Source: Octopus sinensis (taxonomy: Eukaryota). From it: 14,684 bases of DNA. Position 1 is the first letter of the stretch; each line of letters begins with the position of its first letter. Below the pieces are notes generated by a model, which was not told the DNA's origin, did no database searches, and saw only the letters and a list, made by a program, of their open reading frames with translations. Positions 8,838-14,684 of this stretch are shown here, piece after piece. Location: assembly GCF_006345805.1 (NCBI RefSeq), contig NW_021825562.1, positions 1 to 14,684 on the forward strand, written 5' to 3'. A program made the translations under genes and the position numbers.

Positions 8838-8935
8838 AATTGCGCCAATGTATATTTTTTCTTTACTATTTCTAATTGTCAGAAAGTTGTAAAAGTGGTT
8901 TGAGGTGTCATGATTTTGCCTTGTGAGTGCGTGCA

Positions 8936-8939
8936 TATA

Positions 8940-8990
<51 letters not shown>
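8936..8990. repeat. (TA)n microsatellite
   Basis: Directly visible. Other simple repeats lie at ~1270-1295, 1861-1922, 2495-2521, 3210-3290, 4418-4436, 7147-7232 and 12995-13022. Confidence 0.95.
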
Positions 8991-8991
<1 letters not shown>

Positions 8992-10651
8992 ACTTTCTCA
9001 CTACCTCTTTCCTTTGTAAACTTAAATATCCAGCACGGCTTCATATGCTCTATTTTACTGTACACAGATAATACGACGCTGAAAAACAATGTTACTTAGC
9101 TTCTGAAGAAAAGCTAGCTACATTCCAAAAACTTTATAGGAAAAAAACAAATTTAATTTGAACTTTACCAATAAAAGAAATATGTTGACGAAGCAAGTGA
9201 ACAAGGGAACTTTTGATAACAGCAAAATACCATCCGGTGGAGCTATATTACTCATGAGAAATGAATGTGATATAATAAATTGTTTATTTTTATATTTTCA
9301 TTTGATTATTCTATCATGGTTTTTTTTTACTAATCAGTGTTAAATTATCAACAGCACAAAGAAGTTTCTCTCTATGACATTTGTGAATGAGACAGGTAAT
9401 GACACAGATTATAAAGTAAAGCACTGCAGATGTTTTCATTTTGCTGTTCAGCTGCATGTGAACTCTACTCAAGAAGACCTGTGATAAAAGATCCAATGCG
9501 CCTTTCTTTTAGGAAGCTGGCAAGATGAGGGAGATTTAGTTGTTGTTCCTATAACGTCAAGCATCCTAGTTGCAGCTTCGTCATTAGTTTAGCCCAACCT
9601 CAAGATCATAGAATTGATGGAAACATGGTCAGTGCATTGTAAGAACTTAAATATCAGCATTGAAAGATTTGGACTTGGAATTTAGAAGTAAAGAACCAAA
9701 TACTTTTAAACTCTCAATCCAAAAACACAACTGTTTGCATTATTCCCTTCACTGCCTTCAAAATTAAAATGGTGATCTCTAAAATGAAAAAAAAAAAGAA
9801 TCAAAGCATGATCTGTTGCTAATCAGGGGTAAAAAAGGAGGCTTGCAATTTACCCATTATATAACAAATTCCTAATTTACAATGAATTAATGGCTCTTTT
9901 AATTATTTAAGTGTATTTTTATCATGTATTAGTTTGTGCAGGTTTTGATTACTCATATAGAGTCCATCATATTTTCAGAGCTGTTGCAAAACCATTTCAT
10001 AAAACCATTTGTAGCTTGATTGGCTGAGCTACAGAGAGTTACATTGGCCTTGTCACAGATCCAGTGCAAGTCTAGTGAGAGAATATAATCTGGTAGTTGG
10101 GTACTTGGGAGATATTTAGGGATTTATATAATTTAAAAGTTCTCTAAAGTCCTGTATAAAATTCCAAGATGCGAACCACTGTATTAACATTCATGCTGTT
10201 AGAGTTGCTTACATCCAGTTGTTTTATAATACTGGTCAATTTTCCTGCGACCATGATGGCATGTAAATAAATAGGTACAATGAAGAATATCTCTCAATGA
10301 TTTATTGATTTAGCACTTTGGGTATTTTTTGTCTTTAACATAGATACTGTGGTTATTTGAGAAGCTAAAACTGAGTTTACCAAAATGTCATAAGTTAACC
10401 TTTCTTTCTTGTCCAAGTACTGTATGGTACAATTAATTCCTTGCTTTTGTTTATGTACTCAGTTCCTGAGGTGGTGTACAATATGACAGTTACATTATGT
10501 TTCATTTGCTTTATATCATTTGCATTTCTATACATGTGAGTCTGACAGTGGATTACATTCATCCAAGAACTATTTGATCAAGAGTCAAGTAAGTATTCCA
10601 TGCCAAGGAAAACATGGCATCCCAATGTTGAAACTCTATACTCATGCTCCT

Positions 10652-11040
10652 TCATCATCATCATCATCATCATCATCATTAGCGTCTGTTTTCCATGCTA
10701 GCATGGGTTGGACGGTTCAACTGGGGTCTGTGAAGCCGGAAGGCTGCATCAGGCCCAGTCAGATCTGGCAGTGTTTCTACAGCTGGATGCCCTTCCTAAC
10801 GCCATCCACTCCGTGAGTGTAGTGGGTGCTTTTTACGTGCCACCCGCACAGGTGCCAGACGGAGCTGGCAAACGGCCACGAACGGATGGTGGTTTTACGT
10901 GCCACCGGCACGAGGGCCAGGCGAGGCTGGCAACGGACACGAACGGATGGTGCTTTTACGTGTCCATTGCCTCGCCTGGCCCCCGTGCCGGTGGCACGTA
11001 AAAGCACCATCCGTTCGTGGCCATTTGCCAGCTCCGTCTG
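10652..11040 (-). mobile_element. RTE-type retroelement 3' end (LINE 3' UTR or RTE-tailed SINE) with (TGA)n tail
   Basis: (TCA)9 at 10652-10678, perfect palindrome CCATGCTAGCATGG (10693-10706), CTGGATGCCCTTCCTAACGCC motif that I recall from RTE-clade 3' ends, and ~61-bp internal tandem units. Confidence 0.6.
10856..11040. repeat. 185-nt near-perfect inverted repeat (fold-back)
   Basis: 10856-10927 versus reverse complement of 10969-11040: 69/72 identical. A further 10-bp stem (10932-10941/10959-10968, 1 mismatch) follows a 4-nt bulge. Loop is 17 nt. Confidence 0.95.
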
Positions 11041-11111
11041 TTAAAAACATTCAGAAAATTCGAATGAGTATATTTATAATAATTCTTTGAAAAAGTTCTT
11101 TGGATCTTATA

Positions 11112-11324
11112 TTGGTTTCAAATTTTGGCAGAAGGCCAGCTATTTCGAGGGAGGGATTTGTCAATTACACCATTCCCAGTACTCAACTGGTACATATTTT
11201 ATAAACTCCAAAAGGATGACAGGCAGAGTTGACCTTCACGGAATTTGAACTCAGAATGTACAGCTGGACAAATGCTAAGCAGCATTTTGCTCAGTGTGCT
11301 AATGATTCTTTCAGCTCACCACCT
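11112..11324 (-). mobile_element. tRNA-headed SINE, second family, degenerate
   Basis: Minus strand begins GGTGGTGAGCTG..AGAATC.TTAGCAC and has box B-like GAGTTCAAATTCC, followed by GGTCAACTCTGCCTGTCATCCTTTTGGAG..TATAAAAT, which resembles a widely shared SINE central domain (recall). Confidence 0.6.
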
Positions 11325-11493
11325 TTGTATCTAATATTGATAAGTTTATTTATCATTAGTTTCTTCTCATTGAGTAGGTTCAAAAAGCAAGCTGTGATGT
11401 ATGTGAAACTTGCCACAGTCTAGCAAAAGTTTACTGCCTGATATCTATGATGTGAGTGTTTCAAAATATCATTTCCAAAGTTCTGGTAGTTAA

Positions 11494-11714
11494 CCCTTTC
11501 GTTACTGTATTTATTTTGAGATGCTCTGTGTTTCTCTCAATTATTTTAGCTATAACAAAGAATTTAGTAAAATAACTTAGTTATCATTAAGCTAGTGTTA
11601 GCAACATAAATTGTGACTAAGGTTTGGTGGAGGATTTTAATTCAGAACTTGTGAAAGCAAGACATTTGTACAACAGAGCCAGAGCCGGTTTCAGCCAGGT
11701 TGGTAACGAAAGGG
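11494..11714. mobile_element. piggyBac-type MITE (221 bp)
   Basis: Perfect 12-bp TIRs CCCTTTCGTTAC (11494-11505) and GTAACGAAAGGG (11703-11714), with TTAA on both sides (11490-11493, 11715-11718). CCC termini plus TTAA target duplication are piggyBac hallmarks. Confidence 0.85.
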
Positions 11715-12269
11715 TTAAATCTCCTCAATCAACTTTATTGTGTTAACCCTTATGATGGATAATGTATTTCCTGATATACACAACCCAAACATCGTTATAT
11801 TTCAACGTATTTTTTTTTATTATTAGGTGTTCACATTTAGTTAAGCAGTTTAATTTCTTGGTTGAAAAGGATGCAAGTCACAACTATACATGTCCTCTAA
11901 AATGTAGTATATTCTGCCTGGTGAAATAATTTCCATGTGTGTGTGTGTGTAATAAATACACCACACATACTGCTGTTCTCAGGAGTTTTTCACTGTTCTG
12001 AAGTTTCTATGGTTGCTGACTCAGCTTTCTCCCTCCTCCTTCTCTAAATTGTTTATTTATTTATGCTTGTATGTATCAGATCTTGTGACTTTTTCAGTCC
12101 CTCTCAAATCACCAGCTATTTTGGATTAACACTTATCTACAGCTGTCAAAAAAAGATATTGATTTTCAGTCTTGGCTTTTGTTGCCAAACACTGTGGCTA
12201 CCTGTCTGGCACTCATTCAAAGAAACCTTATGTCTATTCCTTATATTAATTCAATACTTTAATATTTTA

Positions 12270-12447
12270 GGGAAGCCTCTATGCAGTCATTTGGCCTACT
12301 AGAAATAGCAACCAAATCTCTCGTTACCATCTTATAAAAAGATGTGGACCCAGGTATACTAAGACTATCAAACAGACAAGATGGTTACTGCGGGGCACTG
12401 TTAATCTTGAGTCAGCTTGAACAGGGCTGAAATGGAGTAAAACAACA
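12270..12447 (+). mobile_element. Old SINE-like 3' fragment ending in an AAC-type tail
   Basis: CTAGAAATAGCAACCAAATCTC...CAGGGCTGA..TGG.G..AAACAACA resembles an Octopus repeat from recall. There is no second copy in the window to confirm it. Confidence 0.35.
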
Positions 12448-12599
12448 TGGCGAAAGAATAGAGCAGGGATCACCATCACCCCACTGCCGGAGCCTAGTGG
12501 GGCTTTAGGTTTTTCCATTCAAGAAACATGCACAACGTCCGATCTGGGAATCGAAACCGCGATCCCACAACCGCGTGTCCGCTGCCCTAACCACTGGGC
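12448..12599 (-). mobile_element. tRNA-headed SINE, third family, 5' portion
   Basis: Minus strand GCCCAGTGGTTAGGGCAGCGGAC (box A/D-arm-like) and GGTTTCGATTCCC (box B/T-arm-like). No complete cloverleaf. Confidence 0.7.
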
Positions 12600-12992
12600 T
12601 CTTTACTCTTTTACTTTCAGTCATTTGACTGCAGCCATGCTGGAGCACCGCCTTTAGTCGATCAAATTGCCCCCAGGACTTATTCTTTGTAAGCCTAGTA
12701 CTTATTCTATCGGTCACTTTTACGGAACCGCTAAGTTACGGGGACATAAACACACCAGCATCAGTTGTCAAGCGATGCTGGTCGGACAAACACAGACACA
12801 CAAACATACATACACATATATATATACATATATACAACGGGCTTCTTTCAGTTTCTGTCTACCAAATCCACTCACAAGGCTTTGGTCGGCCCGAGGCTAT
12901 AGTAGAAGACACTTGCCCAAGATGCCACGTAGTGGGACTGAACCCGGAACTATGTTGGTAAGCAAGCTACTTACCACACAGCCACTCCTGTG

Positions 12993-12994
<2 letters not shown>
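12600..12994 (-). mobile_element. SINE-A, most intact copy (395 bp)
   Basis: Box A-like TGGCTGTGTGG (12974-12984), box B-like GGTTCAGTCCC (12934-12944), core, internal CA/TA microsatellite, 3' stem-loop CAGTC-AAAT-GACTG and (GTAAAAGA)-type tail. Confidence 0.92.
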
Positions 12995-13022
<28 letters not shown>

Positions 13023-13038
<16 letters not shown>

Positions 13039-14684
13039 CTAGTTTCAGCTCAGAGCTGCAGCCATGCTGATGCACCGCCGTTTTGTGCTACACTGTTATT
13101 ACGACAAACCTCGTCTAATATGTGGCACTTGGTGAAGAATGAGTTGTGATACAGCTACTCTCATTTGCACTCTTGCCGGTGAGGTAGGTTCATCTGGGAC
13201 TCTTGACAGGAAGATGTCCAGCTTTGATTTAAAAACCACTACATCTACTTTGTGCAAGTTCCTCAGACTCTTTGGGAGAATATTAAAAAGCTGTGGGCCC
13301 TTGAAACCAGGCTGCTGCAGAAGCTGGTCCTGAAGCGTGATGGCATGCTGGGATCTTTGGCACTATGCAGTGTCGTCCCGTTCTAGCATTGGTGTAGCTT
13401 ACAATGCCAAAATTTGGCACAATTCCTTCCAGGATCTTCCAGACATATATTACTGCATACCTCTCCCGTCTTCTCTCCAGGGAGTAGAGTCTTAGCTGTT
13501 TCAACCTTTCCCAGTAGCTGAGCTGTTGCAAAGAGACGATCTTCTTTGTGAATCTTCTCTGGATTGCTTCAAGGTTCGCTGTTAATTTTACACTGGTGGG
13601 TGACCATAGCTATGAGCAGTAATCCAGGCGACTGAGGACGAATGTCTGCCAGAGGACCATCGTAGTTTCCTTATCTCTTGTTCTGAATGTTCTTAGAATC
13701 CACCCAGCCAGTCATCTGCACCTTGTCGCCATCCTGGTAATGTGCCCTTGGAATGAGGTATCATCACTCATGTTGATACCCAGGTCCCTCACAGACTTAG
13801 GCTCTGGGATTGAAATTCCCTGTGGACCGGTGTATCCTGTAAGTTTAATATTCAGTTTTGGATGCTGGTAGTGCAGGGCCTGGAATTTTTCAGCATTAAA
13901 CTGCATATTATTATCCTCAGCCCATCTGTAGATTGAGTCCAAATCCTGCTGCATGTGTGCAACATCGCTGGGGTTCTGTATTTTCTGCGAGACTTTCGTA
14001 TCGTCTGCATAGCTGGCCAGAGTGGCTATCCGGGCATTTGAGGGCATATCTGAGAGGGCCACTATAAAAAGCAGTGGTCCGAAGACAGTGCCCTGTGGAA
14101 CACCGCTCACTATTTGTGTGTTCATAGAGGTGGCTCCATTAACACTACTGCCTGACTCCTATCTTTCAGGAGTCATGCAACCACACTCCAAGTTTTCCAG
14201 CTATGCCGAGGTCACGTAGTTTGTGGCATATCATACCATGATCCACCTTGTCAAAAGCTTTTGCAAAATCAAGGTAGATTACGTCCACATTTGATTTGTT
14301 GAGTAACTGCCTCAACACCCAGTCATAATGCTGTAAGAGCTGGGTCAGGCAGCTCCTACCTGGTCGAAAACCATGCTGGGTATTACTCAGCAAGTTATTT
14401 TCCTCAAGGAATGCGATTATTTTCTTCTGACAATCCGTTCCATGACTTTGCTGATGTGTGAAGTCAGAGATAGGCCTATAGTTTTTGGCATCTGCTCTAC
14501 TTCCCCCTTTATGTATTGGGCATATTATTCCCTCCTTCAGCTTGCTTGGCAGTTTGCCATTCGCAAGAAAGCTCTGGAAGAGAATCTTGAGGGTTTTGCC
14601 AGGGCATGCTTACACGCTTTGAGGAGGATGACTGGGAAACTGTCTGGACCAGCAGCTGAGTTTGTGTACACTTCATCTATGGCT
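13023..14684 (-). mobile_element. CR1-type non-LTR retrotransposon (LINE), 3' part; continues beyond the window
   Basis: RT-domain ORF2 remnant, ~60-nt 3' UTR with stem-loop, A16 tail (13023-13038) abutting (TA)n. Confidence 0.9.
13099..14683 (-). pseudogene. Disrupted LINE ORF2: reverse transcriptase and C-terminal domain
   Basis: Stitched frames give SAAGPD, PIHKGG...NYRPIS, QHGFRPGRSCLTQL, YLDFAKAFDKVDH, SGVPQGTVFGPLLF, YADDTK, RDLG, LDYCS.LWSP, LEAIQRRFTK, YWERLKQLRLYSLERRRER and VPDEP. About 7 frameshifts and in-frame stops at 13712-13714 (TGA) and 13610-13612 (TAG). Natural stop TAA at 13099-13101. Confidence 0.93.

Noticed and set aside
10693-10706. CCATGCT shared between the RTE-like stem and the CR1/SINE-A tail
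   Set aside because: Only 7 nt, in different structural contexts; not evidence of homology.
10520-11090. Cluster of short ORFs on both strands
   Set aside because: A by-product of the GC-rich repeat and its inverted copy.
11743-11760. Second TTAACCCTT resembling a piggyBac left end
   Set aside because: Matches only 5 nt of the TIR, and I found no matching right end.
12448-12994. Possible tRNA genes at SINE heads (also 1453-1520 and 11230-11324)
   Set aside because: They have box A/B-like motifs but no complete cloverleaf, and they continue into repeat bodies.
12667-14219. Plus-strand ORFs 12667-13149, 13139-13333 and 14022-14219
   Set aside because: Antisense to SINE/LINE sequence, with no independent coding evidence.
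1-14684. CRISPR array, rRNA, telomeric array or prokaryotic operon
   Set aside because: No regularly spaced repeat-spacer units, rRNA-like sequence or (TTAGGG)n tract; the sequence is eukaryotic in character.

Overview
AT-rich, microsatellite-dense eukaryotic non-coding DNA. No intact protein-coding gene can be supported. The repeat families match ones I recall from Octopus (coleoid cephalopod) genomes; this is recall, not a database result. Contents: (i) copies and fragments of one tRNA-headed SINE with an internal (TA/CA)n microsatellite (SINE-A: 27-60, 98-625, 875-1452, 1453-1860, 8122-8320, 8738-8837, intact copy 12600-12994), plus two other tRNA-headed SINEs; (ii) the 3' ~1.66 kb of a disrupted CR1-type LINE on the minus strand (13023-14684, RT with YADD) whose 3' terminus, including a covarying stem-loop, is shared with SINE-A; (iii) a Penelope-like terminal fragment with a degenerate minimal hammerhead ribozyme (1136-1171) nested in a SINE; (iv) an RTE-like 3' end that finishes in a 185-nt fold-back with a readable template-switch junction; (v) a TTAA-flanked piggyBac-type MITE; (vi) a candidate Pol II promoter and non-coding first exon near 4084-4377; (vii) an 84-nt pre-miRNA-like hairpin at 8336-8419. 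Almost all listed ORFs are artefacts of repeats or low-complexity sequence.
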